DNA from: a plasmid
Length of the DNA stretch: 64,000 bases
Sequence record: NZ_CP028351.1
Direction: 5' to 3' (one strand)
Below, one piece after another: positions 17,487-26,207 of the stretch. The first letter of the stretch is position 1, and the number at the start of each line of letters is the position of its first letter. A program made the position numbers and the translations under genes. The notes under the pieces are model-generated. The model did not search any database, was not told where the DNA came from, and saw nothing but the letters and a program-made list of their open reading frames with translations.

Positions 17487-17708
17487 ATGCGTGAATTGAA
17501 AACAAATGAAATTGACGGCGTTAGTGGCGGCTCATTAACTTCCGTCATTTTAGATTTCTTTAAACAGATTGGCGGAAGCTCCAAAGAAAAAACTGAGTGG
17601 GTACGTCCGGAATCAATACCAGAAGCTAACCCGGTTAGCGGTACTGCTTTTGGTATGGGTATTGTCGGTGTTGCTGCGGCCGTAGTTTTCGGCCTGCTGA
17701 TGTTCTGA
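17487..17708 (+). CDS. Second double-glycine-leader peptide precursor; it may be a second microcin component or a partner peptide
   Basis: Leader MRELKTNEIDGVSGG|S. The 58-aa mature part has a hydrophobic C-terminal helix (GMGIVGVAAAVVFGLLMF). An AAGGA SD is present. It starts 10 bp after the first precursor. Confidence 0.55.
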   Translation: MRELKTNEIDGVSGGSLTSVILDFFKQIGGSSKEKTEWVRPESIPEANPVSGTAFGMGIVGVAAAVVFGLLMF

Positions 17709-17812
17709 TTTACCAGGAAGGCGACAGACTTCCGGGAAGGAATGAGCGCTTGTCATAAAAATCAATCGCTCATAATTAAATGTTGTTCACTATTTTATAC
17801 AAAGGAAAGTAT

Positions 17813-18343
17813 ATGAAAAAGGTATCCATGGTTGCTATGGGTCTGCTGCTGGCAGCGGCACAGGTTAGTGCAGCAGAAGCTTCAGATGGCACAATTAACT
17901 TCACCGGCACCATTGCATCTCAGACCTGTACCGTAAGCGTTAACGGCGGAAGCAGTACTGCCACCGTTACCCTGCCGAAAGTAGCAGCCGGTGTATTAAA
18001 TGCGGCAGGTGCCGTTGCGGGCAACACTCGCTTTACTCTGGCGCTGAGCGACTGCTCCGCAACAACTGGCGATGTCTACGCTTACTTTGAGCAGGGCGCT
18101 GGTGTGAACGCCAATGGTCGCCTGACTAACACGGGTACTGCTACAGGTGTTGATCTGCAACTTCTGGACAGCGCTAACAACGCCATCAATGCAGGCAGCA
18201 CTGAACAGTCTACCGCTCCTGCAACTGTCGCTCTGACTGCAGGAGCTGGCACCCTGTCTTACTCAGCTCAGTACTATGCAACTGCTGCTGCAGAAGCAGG
18301 TACCGTTGCGTCAACAGTAAACTATTCAATCAATTACCTGTAA
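17813..18343 (+). CDS. Type-1-like fimbrial major subunit (FimA family)
   Basis: MKKVSMVAMGLLLAAAQVSAA signal. GTINFTGTIASQTCTVSV is the canonical pilin N-terminus. The C-terminal ...VNYSINYL is a beta-strand. Confidence 0.85.
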   Translation: MKKVSMVAMGLLLAAAQVSAAEASDGTINFTGTIASQTCTVSVNGGSSTATVTLPKVAAGVLNAAGAVAGNTRFTLALSDCSATTGDVYAYFEQGAGVNANGRLTNTGTATGVDLQLLDSANNAINAGSTEQSTAPATVALTAGAGTLSYSAQYYATAAAEAGTVASTVNYSINYL

Positions 18344-18404
18344 TTGATTATGGTGAGGGCAATGCCCTCACCACTCTTCTCCTTTCATCACTTCAGTTAA
18401 TATC

Positions 18405-19142
18405 ATGAAAAAAAAAAGTTTTAAATTTTTGATCTCCTGTTTGCTCACTTGCGCAATGACTTCGTCTGCCTTTGCCAGTGTGACCATCATTGGTACCCGG
18501 GTAATCTACCCCGCTTCCGAGAAAGAGGTTACTGTTCGTCTAGATAATCGCGGCGATCATCCCGCGCTTGTTCAGGCATGGGTTGATGACGGAAATCCTG
18601 ACGAAGCAGTAGATAAAATAAATGTTCCTTTCGTTTTATTACCTCCGGTTTTCCGTATGGAGGCGAATAAAGGACAAACGTTACGGATTGTTTTTACGGG
18701 CGCCAGTCTGCCCACCGGCAAAGAGTCTATCTTCTGGCTTAATGTCCTTGATATACCTCCTCGTGATAAAAGTCTGGCTAATCAGAACCAGCTGCAAATG
18801 GCAATCCGGAGTCGCATCAAGATTTTTTATCGTCCAGTTCAGTTTGATACAGCCCAGGCCAATAAAGCTGCGTCAGGACTGGTATGGCGTCACGGTCAAA
18901 AACCTAATTTTCTTTCCGCAACTAACAACTCACCTTTCTACGTTAACGTCTCACAGATTAATGCAGAAGATAGCGCAGGTCATAAATTAGTCAGTGAAAA
19001 AGGGGAAATGCTGGCACCAGGCGAAACAAAAGAGTTCCCGTTGAAAGGCATGAGCACAAGTCAAATAAAAACAACATTTAAGTATCAGTATCTGGACGAC
19101 TTTGGTGCAGCACGTAAGGTTGAAAGCAAAATAAACGAGTAG
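18405..19142 (+). CDS. Periplasmic fimbrial chaperone (PapD/FimC family)
   Basis: Signal peptide followed by VTIIGTRVIYPASEKEVTVRLDNRGDHPALVQAWVD...FVLLPPVFRMEANKGQTLRIV, the conserved chaperone motifs. A 10-A homopolymer sits at codons 2-4. Confidence 0.9.
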   Translation: MKKKSFKFLISCLLTCAMTSSAFASVTIIGTRVIYPASEKEVTVRLDNRGDHPALVQAWVDDGNPDEAVDKINVPFVLLPPVFRMEANKGQTLRIVFTGASLPTGKESIFWLNVLDIPPRDKSLANQNQLQMAIRSRIKIFYRPVQFDTAQANKAASGLVWRHGQKPNFLSATNNSPFYVNVSQINAEDSAGHKLVSEKGEMLAPGETKEFPLKGMSTSQIKTTFKYQYLDDFGAARKVESKINE

Positions 19143-19168
19143 CTTTTGATAATTATCCAGGGGAAATT

Positions 19169-21754
19169 ATGATGGCAAGGACGGTATTTTTTAATAAACC
19201 AACTGGCAAAACTTTTTATCGCTCTTTTTTGGCGCTGTTCCTGACCGCAGCAACTCAGTCAGCGATTGCTGAAACTGCTTATGATTTCGATGAATCATTT
19301 GTAAAAAATTTAGCTGGTGTAAAAGTAGACGTTTCCCGCTACGCAACTGGTAACCCCATTGATCCCGGCGTCTACACGCTGGATATCTTTTTGAATGGCC
19401 GTCAGATTAGTCGGGAGAATGTTCAGGTTGTGCGTGAGGGAGCAGGTACTAAAGCCTGTCTTTCTTATGATCTGGTAAAAAGCCTTTCCATTAAAGATAC
19501 AGTCTTCAGCTCTGAGCAAGCTGAAGAGTTACGTTCAGGTAAGCAATGTATAGCACTGGAAGATGTGGTTAAGGAGAGTCATGCCGCAATCAACTCCGCT
19601 GATATGCAGATGGACATCTCAATTCCACAGATTTATTTGCTGCGCTCAGCACGTGGCTATGTCGCTCCAGAATTCTGGGATAAGGGCGAAACGGCGTTAA
19701 CACTTAACTATGACACCAACTATTATCGCTCTGTTAACGACGGACGTGAATATGACTCTTTTTATGGCAGGGCGCTGGCAGGTTTTAACCTTGGCGGCTG
19801 GATGTTTCGTCATGATGGCTCATTAAGCTGGCGACGCCAGCAAGGTAAGGAGTCTCATCATTATAATGCCATCAACACCTATGTTCAGCGTGATATCCCG
19901 CAACTGAAATCACGCTTACTGTTAGGTGAAGGTAATACGAGTGGCGAGCTCTTTGATACCCTCGCTTTCCGGGGTGCGCAGATATCGACTGTCGATCAAA
20001 TGTGGCCTGATTCACAACGTGGTTACGCACCAGAAATTCGTGGCGTTGCACGTACTAATGCTCAGGTAACTGTATCGCAAAACGGTAGTAAAATTTATGA
20101 GACAACCGTTTCGCCAGGCCCCTTTAATATCTCCGACCTCTACCCTACCGGCTACGGTGGCGACTTAGATGTCACTGTAAAAGAAGCTGACGGCAGCGAA
20201 ACGCGTTTTTCAGTTCCTTATGCAGCCATGACGAGACTGAAGCGCCCGGGTATGACGTTCTACTCTGTGACGGGAGGTGTGTCGCGTAAAGACAACATGG
20301 CTTATACGCCTTCTGTTTATCAGGGCACCATTCAGCATGGCTTTACCAATAGTCTGACCGGTTATACCGGTGTGCTGGGATCAGACAACTATATCTCTGC
20401 GCTGTTAGGCGGTGCATTTGGGTTACCGATCGGCGCTATCTCTCTTGATATCACTGGTGCTCAGACAAAATATGGCGATGAGAAAAAGCAGGGTGTGAGC
20501 TATCGTGCGACCTACAGTAAAAAAGTTTCTCAGACTGACACTAACTTTACCCTCGCAGCGTATAGATTTTCGTCATCAGGCTATTACAGCTATGACAATG
20601 CACTGCAAATTAATAACTATTACAAAAAGAATAAAACCAACGGGACAAATTATCTCTCCCGGCCTAAACAACGCTTTTCACTGACTGCCAGCCAAAATTT
20701 TGGGGAGTCATATGGGAATATCTATCTTACTGGTTTCGTTCAAAATTACTGGAACAGCACCGGTACAAACACTCAATTTCAGTTAGGCTATAATAATAGA
20801 ATTGGTCGCGTGTCCTATACATTGTCAGCAAACCGATTATTATATTCAACCGGCGGGCATGACACGCAACTCTCACTCGACTTCTCTATACCACTTGGTA
20901 GTGAAAGTAAAAATTATGTAACTGGAAGCGCCACACATAATAAAGAGGGTGTAACTGCTCAAACTGCACTTAATGGTGTACTAGGTGAGAATGATCAATT
21001 TAGCTATAACGTAGGTGCTGCACGCGATATCGATAATAAAAAATCAGGTTCGATCGGTGGTCAATATCGCTCACCTTACAGCATGCTGACAGCAGCATAT
21101 ACTAAGGGTGAAAACTATTATTCAGCCTCGGCAGGCGCCAGTGGAACAGTTATTGCGTTACCTGATAGCATTAACTTTAGTGCTTATCAGTCGACAACGT
21201 ATGCTGTAGTAAGCGCCGATGATGCAGCAGGTGCCCGCGTGTACGGTTATCCCAACATAGTGCTGGACGGAAGCGGCAGAGCAATTGTACCTAATCTTAA
21301 TCCGTACAGAATAAATGAACTGGCGATTGATCCAAAAGGTATTCCACTTGATGTTGAGCTGGAATCAACTCAACAGCGAGTTATTCCTGTTGAAGGTGCT
21401 GTAGTCAGACTGGACTATAAAACCAGTAAGGGAAAACCACTTTTAATAAGGGCAAATCAGCCAAATGGCAATGCCTTACCATTTGGTGCATCAGTCAATG
21501 ATGAAAATGGCAATCTGGTGACTACTGTTTCACAGGGTGGTCAGATTTACGTCAGGCTGAATAAAGATGTCAGCCGTCTGCATGTTTCATGGGGGAAAAC
21601 GGCAAATGACAAGTGCCTGGTTAACCTTGAATCTGGTGCCGTTCAGTCCAGTGAAAATCAGACACTGGCGAGATTAACGACAACCTGCAGTAGCGATCAA
21701 GTGCAGCCGGTACGGTACGCATCTAATACCGACAATAAAGATACACAGGGTTAA
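19169..21754 (+). CDS. Fimbrial outer-membrane usher (FimD/PapC family)
   Basis: 861 aa with usher motifs throughout (for example FNISDLYPTGYGGDLDVTVKEADGSETRFSVPYAAMTRLKRPG). Confidence 0.9.
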   Translation: MMARTVFFNKPTGKTFYRSFLALFLTAATQSAIAETAYDFDESFVKNLAGVKVDVSRYATGNPIDPGVYTLDIFLNGRQISRENVQVVREGAGTKACLSYDLVKSLSIKDTVFSSEQAEELRSGKQCIALEDVVKESHAAINSADMQMDISIPQIYLLRSARGYVAPEFWDKGETALTLNYDTNYYRSVNDGREYDSFYGRALAGFNLGGWMFRHDGSLSWRRQQGKESHHYNAINTYVQRDIPQLKSRLLLGEGNTSGELFDTLAFRGAQISTVDQMWPDSQRGYAPEIRGVARTNAQVTVSQNGSKIYETTVSPGPFNISDLYPTGYGGDLDVTVKEADGSETRFSVPYAAMTRLKRPGMTFYSVTGGVSRKDNMAYTPSVYQGTIQHGFTNSLTGYTGVLGSDNYISALLGGAFGLPIGAISLDITGAQTKYGDEKKQGVSYRATYSKKVSQTDTNFTLAAYRFSSSGYYSYDNALQINNYYKKNKTNGTNYLSRPKQRFSLTASQNFGESYGNIYLTGFVQNYWNSTGTNTQFQLGYNNRIGRVSYTLSANRLLYSTGGHDTQLSLDFSIPLGSESKNYVTGSATHNKEGVTAQTALNGVLGENDQFSYNVGAARDIDNKKSGSIGGQYRSPYSMLTAAYTKGENYYSASAGASGTVIALPDSINFSAYQSTTYAVVSADDAAGARVYGYPNIVLDGSGRAIVPNLNPYRINELAIDPKGIPLDVELESTQQRVIPVEGAVVRLDYKTSKGKPLLIRANQPNGNALPFGASVNDENGNLVTTVSQGGQIYVRLNKDVSRLHVSWGKTANDKCLVNLESGAVQSSENQTLARLTTTCSSDQVQPVRYASNTDNKDTQG

Positions 21755-21766
21755 TGGGGTAACATC

Positions 21767-22828
21767 ATGTTTTTAATTTCAGGAAAGAAAGTAATGCGCC
21801 TCATTGGCTCAGTTTCATTAATATTAAGTCTGATGCTGATAGCTACTTTCAATGTTAATGCAGCGGGTACCTCAACGGATGTGACACTGACGTGTAAAAT
21901 AACATCAAGTACATCGTTAGTTGATGTGAGCTCATTGGGCATTAATATTTCAGCAGCTGTGCCAGTGGGTACGATCGTTTATAGCGGCACGGCAACTGCT
22001 AACTTCAAATGTGCTCTGGATAATTTGCAGCAGTACTTAGATGGATTAAGCGGTGAGGTCTATTTTAAGCGCAAGGCGATTGACGCGAGTGCCCTGGGTT
22101 ATGGATTGACGTTATATACTGGCTATGGCGGAGAGATGAGTACCGATGCCGCAAGTATTGCAACCGGTATCATGATTAGTACTTATGCCTTAACCAGCGG
22201 TGGAACCGTGGGCACCTATACAGATGTCTCTCTCAACGTACCCTATCAGATTGTAAAGACCTCCAACTCTATGTCAGCATCGACTTCACTAAAGAGCTAT
22301 GTAAACGCTTTTGACGTTGGTTCGTTAGTATCAGGTAAAGATGTATCATTCAACTTCACTAATATTAAAACAGGTATCACAGTTAAAGATCAGACATGCT
22401 CAGTCGCCGGTGATACCAATCTGCCTGTGCCATTAGGTAGTTACACCACGAACCCTACTAGCGGTTTAGGATCAGGAATCGGCCAGACTAGCGCTACAAC
22501 CGCGTTTAATATTCAGCTTAACTGTGAGGCACTTCTTTCGGGTTCGTTTGATGTGATGATGCAGTTGGATGGTGATGCGTCTAGCGGATTATCGGATTTG
22601 GGTGTGGTGGCACTTAATTCGGCCTCAACTGCGAGTGGTGTCGGTGTACAAATCCTCAATGAAAATCAGCAGCCGATAGCACTCGCTACACCGTTTAACA
22701 TTGCGGCTTACCCGCTCTCATCTGCCTTAATCACAGTGCCACTCTATGCACGTTATTATCAGACGGCGACGAAAATAAATCCTGGCTCGGCCAATGCAGT
22801 AGCAACGTATACGCTTAGTTACCAGTAA
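21767..22828 (+). CDS. Fimbrial tip adhesin / minor subunit with two domains
   Basis: Signal peptide (the start may be MRLIG at 21794), an N-terminal lectin-like domain, and a C-terminal pilin domain ending ATYTLSYQ. It is last in the chaperone-usher operon. Confidence 0.7.
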   Translation: MFLISGKKVMRLIGSVSLILSLMLIATFNVNAAGTSTDVTLTCKITSSTSLVDVSSLGINISAAVPVGTIVYSGTATANFKCALDNLQQYLDGLSGEVYFKRKAIDASALGYGLTLYTGYGGEMSTDAASIATGIMISTYALTSGGTVGTYTDVSLNVPYQIVKTSNSMSASTSLKSYVNAFDVGSLVSGKDVSFNFTNIKTGITVKDQTCSVAGDTNLPVPLGSYTTNPTSGLGSGIGQTSATTAFNIQLNCEALLSGSFDVMMQLDGDASSGLSDLGVVALNSASTASGVGVQILNENQQPIALATPFNIAAYPLSSALITVPLYARYYQTATKINPGSANAVATYTLSYQ

Positions 22829-22883
22829 TCAGCAGGGCTCTGCGGAGCCCTTCTTCACATTTATCTACAGAAAAGGATTATCT

Positions 22884-23546
22884 GTGAATAAACCTAAGCA
22901 AAAAAATAAGCTCAGGCTTGGTGTATCAGATGAAAGTCCATTTATTTTTTACTCCATCCAAAACATACTGGTAAAGGAGTTTTCAGAACTTGATATTATT
23001 TCTTATCCGGTTGAAGCTGATCATTTGCTGTCTGTTATCAGAGAGGATATGCCAGATATATTAATAACGGACTTCTGCTTTAATTTTGAGCGTAACGATG
23101 TTAATGGCGTGAAAAAAATAGAACAGATACATAAGAAAAACCCGGACTTAAAAACTATTATTTTTACTGCACAAAACAGTCAGGCTATTTTGAAAAGTAT
23201 ATTGCAAATCCCGGTTAATGCCATCGTACACAAGCGAGACGACATTCGTGATTTGGTCAAAGCATTCAATTGGGTTTGCTCATCCAATACAGGAATATAC
23301 TACTCAGAACAGATGAAGAATTTAATGCTCTCTGCACCCGCAGATCCGGCACAAACACTTTTGTCGCCGTCAGAAGTAGAGGTCATTCGATTATTCGCCA
23401 TTGGATATAGCCTGATGGAGATAGCAAAAGCACGTAAACGTAGCATAAGCACCGTTGCAACACAGAAATACAACGCCATGCGTAAGCTACAGCTGCAATC
23501 AAACACAGATTTGATTAAGTATGTTTTTGCACAGGAACTCATTTAA
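22884..23546 (+). CDS. FimZ-like response regulator (receiver domain plus LuxR-type HTH)
   Basis: A receiver-like N-terminus (DILITDFCF...) and a C-terminal HTH LSPSEVEVIRLFAIGYSLMEIAKARKRSISTVATQKYNAMRKL. Confidence 0.7.
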   Translation: MNKPKQKNKLRLGVSDESPFIFYSIQNILVKEFSELDIISYPVEADHLLSVIREDMPDILITDFCFNFERNDVNGVKKIEQIHKKNPDLKTIIFTAQNSQAILKSILQIPVNAIVHKRDDIRDLVKAFNWVCSSNTGIYYSEQMKNLMLSAPADPAQTLLSPSEVEVIRLFAIGYSLMEIAKARKRSISTVATQKYNAMRKLQLQSNTDLIKYVFAQELI

Positions 23547-23582
23547 TCACCTGGCACAAAATTTTTATATACAGCGAAAATC

Positions 23583-24905
23583 ATGAAATTTCATAATCAG
23601 AACATTGCATTACTGGCACTAACCTGTACTCCATTTTTCACATCTGCAACCAACCTGCAGCAAGCTGCTCAGGCTGCATTGAGCTATGACTCAGCATTAC
23701 AATCCAGTCAGATGACCAGTTCAGCAGATAAACAAAAATACTGGCAAGGCATGGCCGGAATGTTGCCAACATTAACTCTGGAAGGAAACTGGGATCGTCA
23801 GGAACAGCCTGATAAGAAATATCAGAGTGGGGTAACCAACCACAGTTACGATCTCAGCGTCAGACAACCGCTATTTGATATGAGTAAATATGCCGGATGG
23901 CGTAAAGGTGTTGCTATTGCCAACACTGCTGAAGCACAGGCAAAACAGGCTGAAGAGAAATTACTTAGCGCTATTAGCAATGCTTATTTTACAGTGCTTT
24001 ATCAGCAGGAAGTTTTACAGGCCGCCAAAGCCGCCAGCCATAACTTTAGGCAACAAGAGCAAAAACTTCAGACCGGGTTAATCAATGGGCAGAATACCCG
24101 CACTGAACTGGACGAGGCAAAAGCTAACTACGCTCTGGCACAGGCTAAGGAAATAGAAGCTGGCAATCAGCTATTGCTGGCAGGCGAGGCATTTCGCCGT
24201 TTATCAGGTATCAGCCCGGACACTGTAGAACCAGTGAATTTTCAGTGCCTGAAAGCATCGCCTTATTCTTCTCTGACCGATGCAATTAATGCCAGCCAGC
24301 AGCGTAATACTGATATTAAAATTGCGCTTTTTCAGAATGATCAGGCAGACGCAGATGTTCTTGCGGCTGACGGCGCACACATGCCAGTGGTCTCGCTCTA
24401 TGCGAGATACGGCAAGAACTGGAGTCGTAATGACGACGACGACAATATCCTGTATGACGCAATCTTCGGGACGAACTCAAAGAGTAATAACCTCCAATAT
24501 GGCGTAAACGTTTCTGTTCCATTGTTTGCCGGCGGCAGTCAGGTTTCACAATCCTTTGAAGCAGCTTATCGTCGTCAGGCAGCAAAGTATTCCACGATGG
24601 AAGCACAACGCAAGGCGGCAACCGATACCCGTTCTGCCTGGCTTAGCCTGACCAATGGCAAAGCCTTAATCAGTGCTCAAAAGAATGCCGTCGACTCAGC
24701 ACGTGAAAAAGTGGTGTCGGTCCAGTATGGCCGTGAAATGGGCTTTCGCACCGTTAATGATGAACTGGATGCTCAGCAAAAATATTACACCGCACTCAAA
24801 GATCAGGCTGAAGCACGCCTAAGTTATCTCAATGCCCTAATCAATCTGGCGCAAAGCACTGGATCGTTATCGCTCGACATGCTGAATTTTTTTCAGTGCC
24901 GTTAA
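23583..24905 (+). CDS. TolC-family outer-membrane channel of a type I secretion system
   Basis: 440 aa with a signal peptide. The TolC-like repeats include LSAISNAYFTVLYQQEVLQAAKAA... and RTELDEAKANYALAQAKEIEAGNQ. Confidence 0.85.
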   Translation: MKFHNQNIALLALTCTPFFTSATNLQQAAQAALSYDSALQSSQMTSSADKQKYWQGMAGMLPTLTLEGNWDRQEQPDKKYQSGVTNHSYDLSVRQPLFDMSKYAGWRKGVAIANTAEAQAKQAEEKLLSAISNAYFTVLYQQEVLQAAKAASHNFRQQEQKLQTGLINGQNTRTELDEAKANYALAQAKEIEAGNQLLLAGEAFRRLSGISPDTVEPVNFQCLKASPYSSLTDAINASQQRNTDIKIALFQNDQADADVLAADGAHMPVVSLYARYGKNWSRNDDDDNILYDAIFGTNSKSNNLQYGVNVSVPLFAGGSQVSQSFEAAYRRQAAKYSTMEAQRKAATDTRSAWLSLTNGKALISAQKNAVDSAREKVVSVQYGREMGFRTVNDELDAQQKYYTALKDQAEARLSYLNALINLAQSTGSLSLDMLNFFQCR

Positions 24906-24930
24906 TCCCTTAATCATGATGAATCTATAA

Positions 24931-26190
24931 ATGGAACAATCACTCTTTCGTCAGGAGGCGCTTGATGCCGCTAATCGGGGTAACCTGGGCATCGTAGCAC
25001 TTTATTGTCCGCCCTATCGCTGGCTTGTTATTTCTGTGGTGATTTTTATTACTGCCGTTACAACCCTGTTTTTCATTTTCGGCAGCTATACGAAATATGA
25101 ATCTTCTACCGGAGAACTGCTGCCTGAGAATGGCATGTTAGTCGTTCCTCCTCCTGTAAGCGCAACCGTGGTGGATATTCCGGTTAAAGAGGGACAACTG
25201 GTCAAAAAAGATGATGTTCTTATGGTGTTGTCATCCGAAGTCTCAACACAGATGGGACAGACACGTCAGGTTATCGCCGAAAATCTGGTGGCTCAGCGGG
25301 AACGACTTCAGCAGGATCTTCAGACGCTTGCCAAATTGCATGACGTCGAAATGAAAGGGTTATCCGACACCATCGCCAGTCTGAAACTCCAGCAGGAACA
25401 GCTGAGACTTCAGCTGTCACACCGCCGCAAACAGGTGGCGTTAGCGAAATTGCAACTGGATAAACTCAACGCTATGCATCTGGAGGGGTACGCCTCAAAC
25501 CGTCAGCTGGAAGAACAGGAATCCAATCTGCTCGACAGCCAGGCACGTTACCAGGAGTACCAGCGTCAGCTGCTGGACACGTCGCAAAAAATTGTTCAGG
25601 CGGAGCAGCAACTGCATGAAAAGCCGCTGGATGATGAGAAAAAACGCAACGACATCGAACGGCAACTGGCAGATAACCGTCAGTCAATGGCAGAGAATGA
25701 AGCGCGCCGATCCATTGAGCTTCGTGCGCCGAAGAGTGGTTATGTCGGCATGATCATGGTCAAAAATGGTCAGATGCTGAACGCCGGTCAGTCGGCCATC
25801 GCGATTCTGCCTAACAATACCAACCTTGTTGCCCGCATCATGGTCAATACGCAATCCATTGGCTTTATCCAGCCAGGTCAGCGTGTCGTGCTGCGCTATA
25901 AAGCCTTTCCTTATCAGAAGTTTGGCCAACAATATGGCAAGGTGATCGAGGTCTCTCGAACCGCCCTCTCGCCTCAGGAAGTCACCACCTTAACCGGTAA
26001 AAACAATGTTCAGGAACAGCAGTACCGGGTTCTGGTCTCTCTGGATAAACAAACTATTTCTGCTTATTCGCAGAATGAAAAACTGAAGCCTGGTATGGCG
26101 CTGGATGCCGACTTTATTGTTGACAAACGTCGTCTCTATGAATGGGTACTGGAGCCGATTTTCGCGCTGGGACACAAAATTTCTCTCTGA
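24931..26190 (+). CDS. cvaA-like: HlyD/CvaA-family periplasmic adaptor of the type I secretion system
   Basis: MEQSLFRQEALDAANRGNLG... with a single TM segment. It is colinear with colicin V CvaA (MFRQDALENRKMKWQG...), and the C-terminal KLKPGMALDADFIVDKRRLYEWVLEP corresponds to [27 protein letters not shown]. Confidence 0.9.
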   Translation: MEQSLFRQEALDAANRGNLGIVALYCPPYRWLVISVVIFITAVTTLFFIFGSYTKYESSTGELLPENGMLVVPPPVSATVVDIPVKEGQLVKKDDVLMVLSSEVSTQMGQTRQVIAENLVAQRERLQQDLQTLAKLHDVEMKGLSDTIASLKLQQEQLRLQLSHRRKQVALAKLQLDKLNAMHLEGYASNRQLEEQESNLLDSQARYQEYQRQLLDTSQKIVQAEQQLHEKPLDDEKKRNDIERQLADNRQSMAENEARRSIELRAPKSGYVGMIMVKNGQMLNAGQSAIAILPNNTNLVARIMVNTQSIGFIQPGQRVVLRYKAFPYQKFGQQYGKVIEVSRTALSPQEVTTLTGKNNVQEQQYRVLVSLDKQTISAYSQNEKLKPGMALDADFIVDKRRLYEWVLEPIFALGHKISL

Positions 26191-26207
26191 TTTATAAGGT
26201 CTGTTCT

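Noticed and set aside
26142-26207. ATG start at 26142 for the ABC exporter as given by the ORF track
   Set aside because: That start overlaps the last 49 nt of the cvaA-like gene. Alignment with CvaB begins at LLLEKL, and a GTG at 26208 with an AAGG SD is a better start. The upstream residues are treated as read-through of the ORF caller.
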